64,000 bases of DNA from Coriobacteriales bacterium (GTDB taxonomy: Bacteria; Actinomycetota; Coriobacteriia; Coriobacteriales; CADBOM01). The notes below the pieces were generated by a model. The model did no database searches. It had not been told where the DNA came from and worked only from the letters and a program-made list of their open reading frames with translations. The DNA lies in NCBI GenBank assembly GCA_050946275.1, contig JBMNUM010000005.1, positions 34,860 to 98,859 on the forward strand. The letters are read 5' to 3'. The translations under genes and the position numbers were made by a program. Of this stretch, positions 46,350 through 54,827 are shown piece by piece; position 1 is the first letter of the stretch; every line of letters starts with the position of its first letter.

Positions 46350-46877
46350 CTATTTCACGTTTGCGACGAGCGCGGGTATCTCCTCGGAGGTGAGCCCGTA
46401 GTTCTCCCCGCCATCGCTGATGAACACGACGGAGAAGTAACCCGTATCCGTTCCCCAGGAGATGTTGCTCGCGCAGTCGGTTTCATATCCCATGCACGTT
46501 ACGGTCGTGCCGTCAACGTCCTGTGTCCAGGTCTCGGGATACTCCGCGTAGTCTCCGCTGAGGCTCTGGCCGGTGACGGTCCCCTTGCGAACGACGACCT
46601 TGCATCCTTCCGGATTGTATTGAGTCTCCGCGATGCCGCTCATGCTCTGGTAGTAGGGCTCGCCAAGCGGGAACTCCGGCCCGAGACCCGCGTTGTCCGC
46701 CACCTCGAAGGTGCCGATACCGGCATTGGTCGCGGCCTCGGCGGCACTCGACGCCTCGGTCCAGGGGTTCGCCATGCCGGCTTGCTGTTCCTCCTGGGCC
46801 GGCTGTTCCTGGCTCGAGCAGCCGACGAGCGCCATGGCGAATGCCGCGGCGAGTCCGATGATTAGAAGCTTCCTCAT
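46350..46877 (-). CDS. hypothetical lipoprotein
   Basis: Signal peptide with lipobox LVGC. AAGGAG upstream of the ATG at 46877. No family assigned. Confidence 0.6.
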   Translation of the reverse strand: MRKLLIIGLAAAFAMALVGCSSQEQPAQEEQQAGMANPWTEASSAAEAATNAGIGTFEVADNAGLGPEFPLGEPYYQSMSGIAETQYNPEGCKVVVRKGTVTGQSLSGDYAEYPETWTQDVDGTTVTCMGYETDCASNISWGTDTGYFSVVFISDGGENYGLTSEEIPALVANVK

Positions 46878-46911
46878 AGCAACCACTCCTTATCTCTTCG
46901 AGCTGGCTTGG

Positions 46912-48228
46912 CTATCCGAAGATGAACATCACGAGGAACGCGGCACTCGCAACCCACATGAGCGGCTTGACCTCGCGGATCTTGCCCGTTGCGACCATGA
47001 TGATCACGAACGAAATGAAGCCCATGCCGATGCCATTGGTGATCGAGTTCGTGAACGGGATTCCGATGATCGTGATGAAGGCCGGGAACGCGTACTGGAT
47101 CTTCGACCAGTTGATGTCCGCGATCGATGTCATCATCAGGAAACCGACAACGGTCAGCGCTCCGCAGGTCGCCGAACCCGAGACCATGCCGACGATCGGC
47201 GAGAAAAAGGCGAAGACGATGAACAGCAGCCCTACGAATACGCTCGAAAGACCCGTGCGTGCTCCAGCGGCGGCACCGGATGTCGATTCGACGAACGTCG
47301 TCAGGGAGCTGGCGCCCAGGAAACCACCGACGATCGCGCCAATGGAGTCGACGGCGAGGATGGTGCCCATGTTGTCGATGTTGCCCTCCTCGTCGACGAA
47401 CTCGCCCTGCTTCCCGACGGCGACCACGGTGCCCATCGTGTCGAAGAAGTCGCTCATGAGGAGCATGAACGCCGACATGAGCAATGCGGGCTCGAGGAAC
47501 ACTCGGACAATCGCCATGTGCCCGGTGTTGGGGTCGGTCTGGAACGGCGCGGCGAACGCGGAGAAATCGAGCCCGAAGTTCCACTCCGTTGGGATGACCG
47601 TCACTCCGAGGGGTATGCCGATGATGGTCGCTGCCACGATGGAGATGAGGAGCGACCCGGGTACGTTCATGGCGAAGAGAATGACCGCAATCAATATCGA
47701 TATGATCGACACGATGCCCGCCGGCGAGGTGAAATCTCCCACAGTGACGATCGTCGACTCGCTGCTGGCGATGAGGCCGCCACCCCGCAAGCCGATGAAC
47801 GCGATGAACAATCCGATGCCGATTCCGATGGCGAGTCGTATGTCGACCGGTATCGCCTTCATGATCGCCTCGCGTAAGCCGGCGAGGACGAGGATGAGGA
47901 TAACGACGCCCTCTACCACCACGACGCCCATGGCGACGCGCCAGTCCTCCCCCATACCCATGCATATCGTGAAGGTCACGATAGCGTTGATGCCCATGCC
48001 CGACGCAAGGGCGAGCGGCCTGTTCGCGAGCAGGCCCATGAGAATCGTGATGATGGCGGCTCCGAAGCAGGTCGCGGTCAACGCGGCCTCGAACGTCATC
48101 CCAGCTTGGACGAGCATGGATGGATTGACGGCGATGATGTAGGCCATGGCGAGAAACGTCGTCAGGCCGCCGACGATCTCGCGTCCGAACGTGCTTCCGC
48201 GTTCCTTGATCTTGAAGAACTTCTCCAT
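46912..48228 (-). CDS. NCS2-family purine permease (AzgA / adenine-guanine-hypoxanthine type)
   Basis: 438 aa from the ATG at 48228. FFKIKERGSTFGREIVGGLTTFLAMAYIIAVNP is typical of AzgA-type permeases. Confidence 0.9.
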   Translation of the reverse strand: MEKFFKIKERGSTFGREIVGGLTTFLAMAYIIAVNPSMLVQAGMTFEAALTATCFGAAIITILMGLLANRPLALASGMGINAIVTFTICMGMGEDWRVAMGVVVVEGVVILILVLAGLREAIMKAIPVDIRLAIGIGIGLFIAFIGLRGGGLIASSESTIVTVGDFTSPAGIVSIISILIAVILFAMNVPGSLLISIVAATIIGIPLGVTVIPTEWNFGLDFSAFAAPFQTDPNTGHMAIVRVFLEPALLMSAFMLLMSDFFDTMGTVVAVGKQGEFVDEEGNIDNMGTILAVDSIGAIVGGFLGASSLTTFVESTSGAAAGARTGLSSVFVGLLFIVFAFFSPIVGMVSGSATCGALTVVGFLMMTSIADINWSKIQYAFPAFITIIGIPFTNSITNGIGMGFISFVIIMVATGKIREVKPLMWVASAAFLVMFIFG

Positions 48229-48393
48229 CAGCCGATCCCCCCGATTAAACCCCACCGACCCGACATGTGCAGATATGCGCATTGTACCCGACTGCGGGTT
48301 CTGTATCCTCGGGATTCGCGTCAGGGGCTTGTCGCGCACCGAGGGCATTCACGAAGTCGAGACTCCCCCGGTCATCGCTGTTATCATGGTCGC

Positions 48394-48987
48394 ATGGACG
48401 AGTACATCAGACATGATGATGGCATCGAGGACGAGGACGCGCTCGGCTATGAGAGCGCCGATGCGAGCCGCGTCATCGAGCGGGCGGGCAACGAGGCGAA
48501 GCAGGCCGACGATTCCGATTGGTTTGCCGAGCCGGATCTCGGAGCCGCCGAAGCGCGGAAGTTCGGTGACAAGAATGTCGATGTCAAGAAGGCCGCCGGG
48601 GCGGCGGGTGCCGCGGCGGTGCTCGTCGCGACCCTCGGCAGCGCTTCCATCGACACCGACCAGGTGCGCCTCCCCGACCCCGTTCCCATCGTCCAGACGC
48701 TCGATTTGGGTTCGGGTGCCCCCGTCGCCGATGCTGCTGATGCGGTCGATGCGAGCGACGAGAAACGCTCTTCAGCCTGGGAGTGGTTCCTGAAGATACT
48801 GAAGTACCTGATCGTGATCATCGCGGCGATCGTGGCGCTCGTCTTCGGGCTCATAAAGGGCTGCGCCTCATGCGCTGCACCCGTGCCGGGTCCCGATGAC
48901 GATCAGAAGCAAGAGCAGGCGTGTCTGAGCGGTGAATACGATATGCAGGCTACCCTGCGCTTCGACGAATGCATGTATTCACTTTAG
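48394..48987 (+). CDS. hypothetical acidic protein with one TM helix
   Basis: 197 aa from the ATG at 48394. Asp/Ala-rich N-part, one TM helix (YLIVIIAAIVALVFGLI), Cys-containing tail. Confidence 0.45.
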   Translation: MDEYIRHDDGIEDEDALGYESADASRVIERAGNEAKQADDSDWFAEPDLGAAEARKFGDKNVDVKKAAGAAGAAAVLVATLGSASIDTDQVRLPDPVPIVQTLDLGSGAPVADAADAVDASDEKRSSAWEWFLKILKYLIVIIAAIVALVFGLIKGCASCAAPVPGPDDDQKQEQACLSGEYDMQATLRFDECMYSL

Positions 48988-49047
48988 ACGCCAGATGATA
49001 CAATCCGGTTGCTTTGTATGTATCGGGGTGGCGAATAGAGGGCGATC

Positions 49048-50463
49048 ATGCTTGACGAGCAATCGAGCGGCAAGCTCCAGCTTGGAGAACATCTGGATTA
49101 TGAGGACGGCATCAAGCCGAGGCTATCGGGATTGCTGCCCGTCGCCGTCTTCCTCGTCCTGTTCATAGGATCCGGCGTCGTCCTCAAGGACTTCTACGGC
49201 ATGCCCGCGATCGTCGCGTTCGTCATCGCGCTCGCGGTCGGCTTCATCCAGCGCCCACGTCGGTCGTTCGAGGACAAGCTCGAGAGCGTTGCGAGAAGCA
49301 TGGGCGAGTCGAACGTCATGATCATGTGCCTCGTATTCGTGCTCGCCGGCGCATTCACCGGCGCCGTGTCTTCGGCCGGAGGCGTCGACAGCACGGTCAA
49401 CTTCGCGCTCACCGTGTTGCCGACGGGCATCGTGCTGCCGGGCCTCTTCCTCATCGCCTGCTTCATCTCGCTTTCCATGGGAACTTCCGTCGGCACCATC
49501 GCCGCCCTCGCTCCCATCGCCGTTCAGATCGCCGACAAGACGGGCATGGCCGGAGCGCTGTGCCTCGGTGCGGTCGTCGGCGGTGCCATGTTCGGAGACA
49601 ACCTCTCCATGATCTCCGACACGACGATCGCCGCGACGCGCACCCAGGGGTGCGATATGGCGGACAAGTTCAAGGAGAACTTCAAGATCGTCCTGCCGGC
49701 CGCCATCATCACGTTCGTCATCCTGCTCGCCATGGGCTTCGGCTCGGATTATGACATCCAGGGCCCGCTCGACTACAACCTCTGGCAGGTGCTCCCCTAC
49801 GTTGCCGTTCTCGTGGCGGCCCTCGCCGGCGTCAACGTGTTCATCGTGCTCATCGGTGGCACGGTGCTTTCCATCATCGTCGGGGTCGCTCTTGGGGTGA
49901 TCGAGCCGAGCTCCATCTTCACGGCCATCGGATCGGGCCTGAACGGAAGCGGCGGCATCATGAATATGTACGACATCACCGTCATCTCGATAATATGCGC
50001 CGGCATCATCGGCCTCGTGCACGATAACGGTGGCATCGCGTGGATCCTCGACAAGGTGGGTCGCATCACGAAGAGCAAGCGGAGCGCGCAGTTCAGCATC
50101 GCCGCCCTCGCCTCGGCCGTCGACATCTCGACCGCGAACAACACGGTCGCCATCGTTGCCGTCGGGTCGCTCACGAAGAAGATCGGCACGCAATACGGGC
50201 TCTCGGGCCGACGCACGGCATCTCTCATCGATATCTTCACCTCGGCGTTCCAGGGCATCATTCCCTATGGCGCCCAGCTTCTCTATGCGAGCGCGGGAGC
50301 ATCTGCAGTCGGATTCGCCATCACTCCGTTCCAGATCATCCCGTATCTCTTCTACCCGTTCCTCATCGCCATCTCCGCGCTCGTCTTCATTGCCATATGG
50401 GGCAACAAGCCGGAGAAGCAACGGGCGGTCAAGAAGAACGGGGAAGCTGCTTCGGCCGAGTAG
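49048..50463 (+). CDS. Na+/H+ antiporter NhaC-family protein
   Basis: 471 aa, polytopic, NhaC-like throughout. Confidence 0.85.
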   Translation: MLDEQSSGKLQLGEHLDYEDGIKPRLSGLLPVAVFLVLFIGSGVVLKDFYGMPAIVAFVIALAVGFIQRPRRSFEDKLESVARSMGESNVMIMCLVFVLAGAFTGAVSSAGGVDSTVNFALTVLPTGIVLPGLFLIACFISLSMGTSVGTIAALAPIAVQIADKTGMAGALCLGAVVGGAMFGDNLSMISDTTIAATRTQGCDMADKFKENFKIVLPAAIITFVILLAMGFGSDYDIQGPLDYNLWQVLPYVAVLVAALAGVNVFIVLIGGTVLSIIVGVALGVIEPSSIFTAIGSGLNGSGGIMNMYDITVISIICAGIIGLVHDNGGIAWILDKVGRITKSKRSAQFSIAALASAVDISTANNTVAIVAVGSLTKKIGTQYGLSGRRTASLIDIFTSAFQGIIPYGAQLLYASAGASAVGFAITPFQIIPYLFYPFLIAISALVFIAIWGNKPEKQRAVKKNGEAASAE

Positions 50464-50598
50464 ATCCCCGCGGCGCGAAGTCGTCTGGGGCATGGTGCAT
50501 GGCTGTGTCTCTTAATGGGTGAAAACGGCTGTCATACGGATATTTCCCGTATAATCGAAGAGTTGGATAAAGACTTTTCGAAAGGGAGAGAGTACGCC

Positions 50599-51888
50599 AT
50601 GCCGCAAGTCAAGCCTTTCGGGGCCCTGAGGCCCACCTTCGAGGCGGCTCCCGTTGTCGCCGCCCTTCCCTACGATGTCCAGGATGTCGACGAGTCCCGC
50701 GTCATCGTCGCGGCCAATCCGCAGTCGTTTCTCGCGATCGACGAGCCGGTCGTCAACTTCCCCGAGGGAACCGATCAGTACTCGCCCGAGGTGTACGCGA
50801 AGGCAGGAGAGCTGATGGATGCCCTGAGGGCTTCCGATCTCACCGTGACCGACGAAGTCCCCTCCTTCTACCTCTACGAACTCACGATGGATGGCCGCGT
50901 CCTCAACGGACTGGTCGCCTGCGTTTCCGTCGACGATTACATCAACGGCATCGTCAAGAAGCACGAGAATACGCGCGCTGCCAAAGAGGAGGACCGCGTC
51001 AACCATGTACGGGCGTGCAAGGCGCAGACGGGCCCCATCATGCTCGCCTATCGATACGACGCCGAACTGGCGGACATCTACGCCAGGGCGAAGGAGGGAT
51101 CGCCCCTCTTCGACTACGTTGCCGACGACGGCGTTCGACACCGCGGGTTCGCGATACCCGGCGATTCGACGGATGCCGTGACGGCGCGTATGGCCGAGGT
51201 CGGCGAGGCCTACGTGGCCGACGGCCATCATAGGAGCGCCGCTGCCACGCGCATCGCCCTCGAGCGACGCGAGCAGCGCGGTTCGCAGGAGCCAACCGAG
51301 GAATCCGATTTCTTCCTCTCGGTGCTTTTCGCCGACACCGAGCTCGACGTGCTCCCCTACTACCGCTTCGTGAACGACCCCGGTGACCTGACCGTCGACG
51401 CGCTCGTTGACGAGCTCATCTCGCGGTTCGGGGCAGAGGAGGTCGATGCAGCGAACATCGGGGGCAAGCCGTTCTCCGTAACGAATGCGCCCGATCCCGC
51501 GTTCGCCGCAGATTACCTCAAGCCCAGGAAGCGCGGTGAGTTCATCGTGCTTGCCGGCGGGCGCTGGTATCGCTGCAATCTCACCGATGAGGATGCGGGC
51601 AACCCGGCGGACAACCTCGACGTTTCCAAGCTCCAGCGCGACTTGCTCACGCCGGTCTTCGGCATCGATGACCCGAGACGCTCTTCGCGCATCGAGTTCA
51701 TCGGCGGCATTCGCGGCCTTGTGGAGCTCGAGCGCAGGTGCGCGGACGGCAAGGGCGTCGCGATAGCGCCGTATCCCACCGGGATCGACGAGCTTTTCGC
51801 CGTTGCGGACGCGAATTTGCTCATGCCGCCGAAATCCACGTGGTTTGAGCCGAAACTTCGCTCCGGTTTGTTCATTCACGAGATATAG
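50599..51888 (+). CDS. DUF1015-family protein
   Basis: MPQVKPFGALRP ... PYDV N-terminus, ADGHHR motif. The ATG at 50599 is preceded by AAGGGAGAGAG. Confidence 0.8.
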   Translation: MPQVKPFGALRPTFEAAPVVAALPYDVQDVDESRVIVAANPQSFLAIDEPVVNFPEGTDQYSPEVYAKAGELMDALRASDLTVTDEVPSFYLYELTMDGRVLNGLVACVSVDDYINGIVKKHENTRAAKEEDRVNHVRACKAQTGPIMLAYRYDAELADIYARAKEGSPLFDYVADDGVRHRGFAIPGDSTDAVTARMAEVGEAYVADGHHRSAAATRIALERREQRGSQEPTEESDFFLSVLFADTELDVLPYYRFVNDPGDLTVDALVDELISRFGAEEVDAANIGGKPFSVTNAPDPAFAADYLKPRKRGEFIVLAGGRWYRCNLTDEDAGNPADNLDVSKLQRDLLTPVFGIDDPRRSSRIEFIGGIRGLVELERRCADGKGVAIAPYPTGIDELFAVADANLLMPPKSTWFEPKLRSGLFIHEI

Positions 51889-51933
51889 TGTTTTCCTGTC
51901 TGTTTTTAGGGGAAAGGGACCACGGGAGCTAAC

Positions 51934-53076
51934 GTGAAGAAGGTTTTCGCGATTAACCTTGGATCGACCTCGACGAAGGTCGCATATAGCGAAGATGGCA
52001 ACGTCATCTACAAGGAGACCATCACCTACCACAAGGAGGATTTCGTCGGCTGCGCGACGTTCTTCGACCAGCAGGAAATCCGGACCCGTGGCATCAAGGA
52101 CAACATGGCTGCCCATGGCGTCAAGCTCGACGAGCTCGATGCCATCGTATCGCGTGGCGGCATGATGCAGCCGATGCCGGTGGGCGTCTTCGAGATCAAC
52201 GAGGCCATGGTCAACCAGGAGAAGGCATGCACATACGGTCTGCATCCCTCGTCCATGGGTTGCGTCATCGCTCTTGAGCTCGCGAACGAGGGAGGCTGCC
52301 ATGCCTTCACGGCAGACGTTCCCAGCTCAGACGAGCTCCTTCCCATCGCCCGATACACCGGTTTGCCCGAGCGCTGGCGCCGCACCATGACCCAGACGCT
52401 CAACGCACGCGCCGTCGTGCGCGAGTGGGCGGCGGCCCGCGGCAAGCGCTACGAGGACGTCAACGCCATCACGACCGGCCTCGGCGGAGGCATCAACACC
52501 ATCGCCCACTGCCACGGCCGCATGATCGACACGAACAATTCCGTCGATGGCGAGGGCTGCTTCTCGACGAACCGCTGCCTGACCGTGCCGATCGATATCC
52601 TCATCGATGACTGCTACTCGGGCAAGTGGACCTACGACGAGATGCGCCAGCGTGTCAGCCGCAGGGCAGGTCTGCTCGGATACCTCGGCACCGCGGATGC
52701 GGTCGAGATCGAGAAGCGCGTCGATGCGGGTGACGAGTATGCCCGCGAGGTGGTCGAGGCTATGTGCTACCAGATCGCCAAGGACATCGGCGCGTTCGCG
52801 ACGACGCTCAAGGGCGATGTCGACGTCATCTTCTTGGCTGGCGGCATGGCCCGCTTCAAGCTCGTGACCGATTTGATCACCGAGCGCGTAAGCTTCATCG
52901 CCCCCGTCGAGATCCATCCGGGCGAGCTCGAGATGGAGGCCCTGTGCGAGAACGCATACCGCGCTCTCATCGGCGACCTCCCCGTTCAGGAATTCGTCGC
53001 GGCGGAGTCTCCGCGCGAGGCCATGGATTGGATCGACGAGATCTGGGAGGATTCCGACTGGACTTACGCGCGCTAG
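51934..53076 (+). CDS. butyrate kinase-family (ASKHA) acyl kinase
   Basis: 380 aa. FAINLGSTSTKVA N-terminus, and the HPSSMG and TADVPSSDEL regions resemble Buk. Confidence 0.8.
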   Translation: MKKVFAINLGSTSTKVAYSEDGNVIYKETITYHKEDFVGCATFFDQQEIRTRGIKDNMAAHGVKLDELDAIVSRGGMMQPMPVGVFEINEAMVNQEKACTYGLHPSSMGCVIALELANEGGCHAFTADVPSSDELLPIARYTGLPERWRRTMTQTLNARAVVREWAAARGKRYEDVNAITTGLGGGINTIAHCHGRMIDTNNSVDGEGCFSTNRCLTVPIDILIDDCYSGKWTYDEMRQRVSRRAGLLGYLGTADAVEIEKRVDAGDEYAREVVEAMCYQIAKDIGAFATTLKGDVDVIFLAGGMARFKLVTDLITERVSFIAPVEIHPGELEMEALCENAYRALIGDLPVQEFVAAESPREAMDWIDEIWEDSDWTYAR

Positions 53077-53103
53077 CAGCTCGCTTTAAACCCACAACAT
53101 GAA

Positions 53104-53136
53104 AACCGGCCCGATGACATGAGCATCGGGCCGGTT
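53104..53136. terminator. bidirectional stem-loop between convergent genes
   Basis: AACCGGCCCGATG-acatgag-CATCGGGCCGGTT. On the minus strand it is followed by TTTTC. Confidence 0.55.
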
Positions 53137-53166
53137 CCTCATATCGGGAAGAAAAGAATGGAGTGC

Positions 53167-53592
53167 CTACTCCTCGATGCCCACCATGACGTCGCTCGCC
53201 TTGACGATGGCGACGGCCGTGTCGCCCTCCTTGAGGCCGAGGTCGTCGATAGCCGCATTTGTGATCGAGCCCTTGATGACATGATCCCCTATCTCAAGTG
53301 ACACATGGCCGTTGACAGCGCCCTTCTCGACTGCGCAGATGGTGCCGACGAGCTGGTTGCGCGCGGAGATGCAATCGACGCGCTTGTCGCTGGCCGCGAA
53401 CATGACATTCGAGGCCTTGATGATGGCGAACGCCTTCTTGCCCTCGGCGAGCCCGAGTTCCTCGATGGCGGCCATGGTTATATCGGCCTTGATTTTGTCG
53501 GCGCCCAGATCGATGGTGACGACTCCGTTGACCGCCCCATCGGTAACGCTCGAGATGACTCCTTGGAGTTGGTTACGTGCGCTGATCTTCAT
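53167..53592 (-). CDS. molybdate-binding Mop/TOBE di-domain protein (molbindin)
   Basis: 141 aa with two TOBE repeats, each starting SARNQL.G.I. Confidence 0.85.
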   Translation of the reverse strand: MKISARNQLQGVISSVTDGAVNGVVTIDLGADKIKADITMAAIEELGLAEGKKAFAIIKASNVMFAASDKRVDCISARNQLVGTICAVEKGAVNGHVSLEIGDHVIKGSITNAAIDDLGLKEGDTAVAIVKASDVMVGIEE

Positions 53593-53718
53593 GATGAGAA
53601 ACCTCTCTTCCTAGATGAATTACGAAGAGATAGTATTCTAATCAGAGACTATATTCAAGAGCGAATATGCACGATTAGTGCTAATAGATACCAGCAGGTA
53701 CGAACCGGGATGAGATTC

Positions 53719-54291
53719 CTAGAGAAAATCAACCCGGCTGGAATTCGTGTGGTAGAGGGCACCCCGAATCACGAGACCCTCGTCGTCGACCAGACGGCGG
53801 ATCACCGGGTCTGACATCATGGTGGCGAGACCCTGCTCGATGTTCATGATGCTCGCGGCTTGCTGGTCGCATTCGCCGCCGATGGTGTCAACGATGCGAT
53901 TCAGAAGAGGAGCGAGCGCGTGGTCGGGCTCGTGCTCCTCCCCCGCCGCGACATGCATCGCCGACTCTATCGCACCGCAGTGGGTGTGCTCCATGAGAAC
54001 GACGAGCGGCGTGTGCAGGTGCTCGGCCGCGTAGACGCAGCTTGCCAGCTCCATATCGCCGATGACATTGCCGGCGACGCGGATGACGAACAGTTCTCCG
54101 AGGCCTGTCATGAAGATATGCTCGGGCACGACGCGAGAGTCGGCGCATGCGATGACGCACGCGAAGGGCGACTGCCCTTCCTCGAAGAGGAGCTGAATCA
54201 GCTCCGGCGATACATCGCCGTCGTTGATATGCGATTCGAGATAGGCCTCGTTGCCCTTCTTCAGACGTTCGAGGGCCTCTACTGCATCCAT
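53719..54291 (-). CDS. beta-class carbonic anhydrase
   Basis: 190 aa from the ATG at 54291 (AAAGGAGA upstream). Zinc ligands in CADSRV and HTHCGA. Confidence 0.85.
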   Translation of the reverse strand: MDAVEALERLKKGNEAYLESHINDGDVSPELIQLLFEEGQSPFACVIACADSRVVPEHIFMTGLGELFVIRVAGNVIGDMELASCVYAAEHLHTPLVVLMEHTHCGAIESAMHVAAGEEHEPDHALAPLLNRIVDTIGGECDQQAASIMNIEQGLATMMSDPVIRRLVDDEGLVIRGALYHTNSSRVDFL

Positions 54292-54353
54292 GGCGTCTCC
54301 TTTTCCAAGCGGGCAGCCCGCGACCTGTTGTCGCGGGCTGCCCCTCTCGCCAT

Positions 54354-54812
54354 CTAGAGGATCTTCCTGTCGGGGCTGGCGTAAATGATGCCGTCCTTTC
54401 CGTTCTCCCATGCGGGAAGCTGGTATATGCGTGCGCCTCGCTGGCGTGCAGCCTCGATCTTCTCGACGGCCTCGGCACCGTATGCGAGAGCTTTGTTCGG
54501 GCAGTTCTTCACGCAATAGGGAACCTCCCCGGCTTCCGTCCTCGACTTGCACTTGATGCAGCTCTTCGTGTAGAAGGGCATCCACGACATGTGCAGATCG
54601 GGCCATGTTCCGGCGGGCCTGTCGATTCCCTCGCCGCTGCCCAGTGTCCTCACGTTGACGAAATAGCATCCGTCCTTGAGACCGTTGCCCGTCATGCACG
54701 ATAGCGAGCACGTCCAGCAGCCCGTGCAGCGCAGAAGGTCGACGAAAATCGCATCCTCGGGGATCTCGTCGGTTGCGGGCGAGTGCGCCCAGATGGTCTT
54801 GGCTTCAGACAT
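54354..54812 (-). CDS. 4Fe-4S ferredoxin-type electron-transfer subunit of the adjacent Mo enzyme
   Basis: 152 aa. CTGCWTCSLSC plus CIKC...C...CP. Confidence 0.8.
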   Translation of the reverse strand: MSEAKTIWAHSPATDEIPEDAIFVDLLRCTGCWTCSLSCMTGNGLKDGCYFVNVRTLGSGEGIDRPAGTWPDLHMSWMPFYTKSCIKCKSRTEAGEVPYCVKNCPNKALAYGAEAVEKIEAARQRGARIYQLPAWENGKDGIIYASPDRKIL

Positions 54813-54827
54813 TATCGCTCCCCTCCT

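Noticed and set aside
48229-48393. Purine (guanine/adenine) riboswitch in the leader of the NCS2 purine permease
   Set aside because: The minus-strand leader contains AAUCCCGAGGAUACAGAACCCGCAGUCGGGUACAAU, which has one CCCGA/UCGGG hairpin flanked by GCG/CGC. It lacks the two-hairpin P2/P3 architecture and the conserved UAUAAU...GGAUAUGG...GUUUCUACC...CCGUAAAU...ACUAUG core. I cannot verify other purine-related classes (for example NMT1/xanthine) from memory. A covariance-model scan would settle the question.
53593-53718. Moco (molybdenum cofactor) riboswitch upstream of mop, or upstream of the Mo enzyme at 57243-57408
   Set aside because: I could not recognise the conserved Moco-motif stems or loops. 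The mop leader is AT-rich and short. An Rfam scan is needed for a definitive answer.
53719-54711. Long N-terminal extensions of track ORFs: 53719..54711, 44405..45223, 35667..36632, 4349..5605, 7921..9396, 46912..48348, 48106..48987, 40903..43302
   Set aside because: The extensions overlap the neighbouring gene in another frame or run through intergenic repeats. Internal ATGs with good Shine-Dalgarno sequences coincide with the start of family homology, so the shorter coordinates were used.
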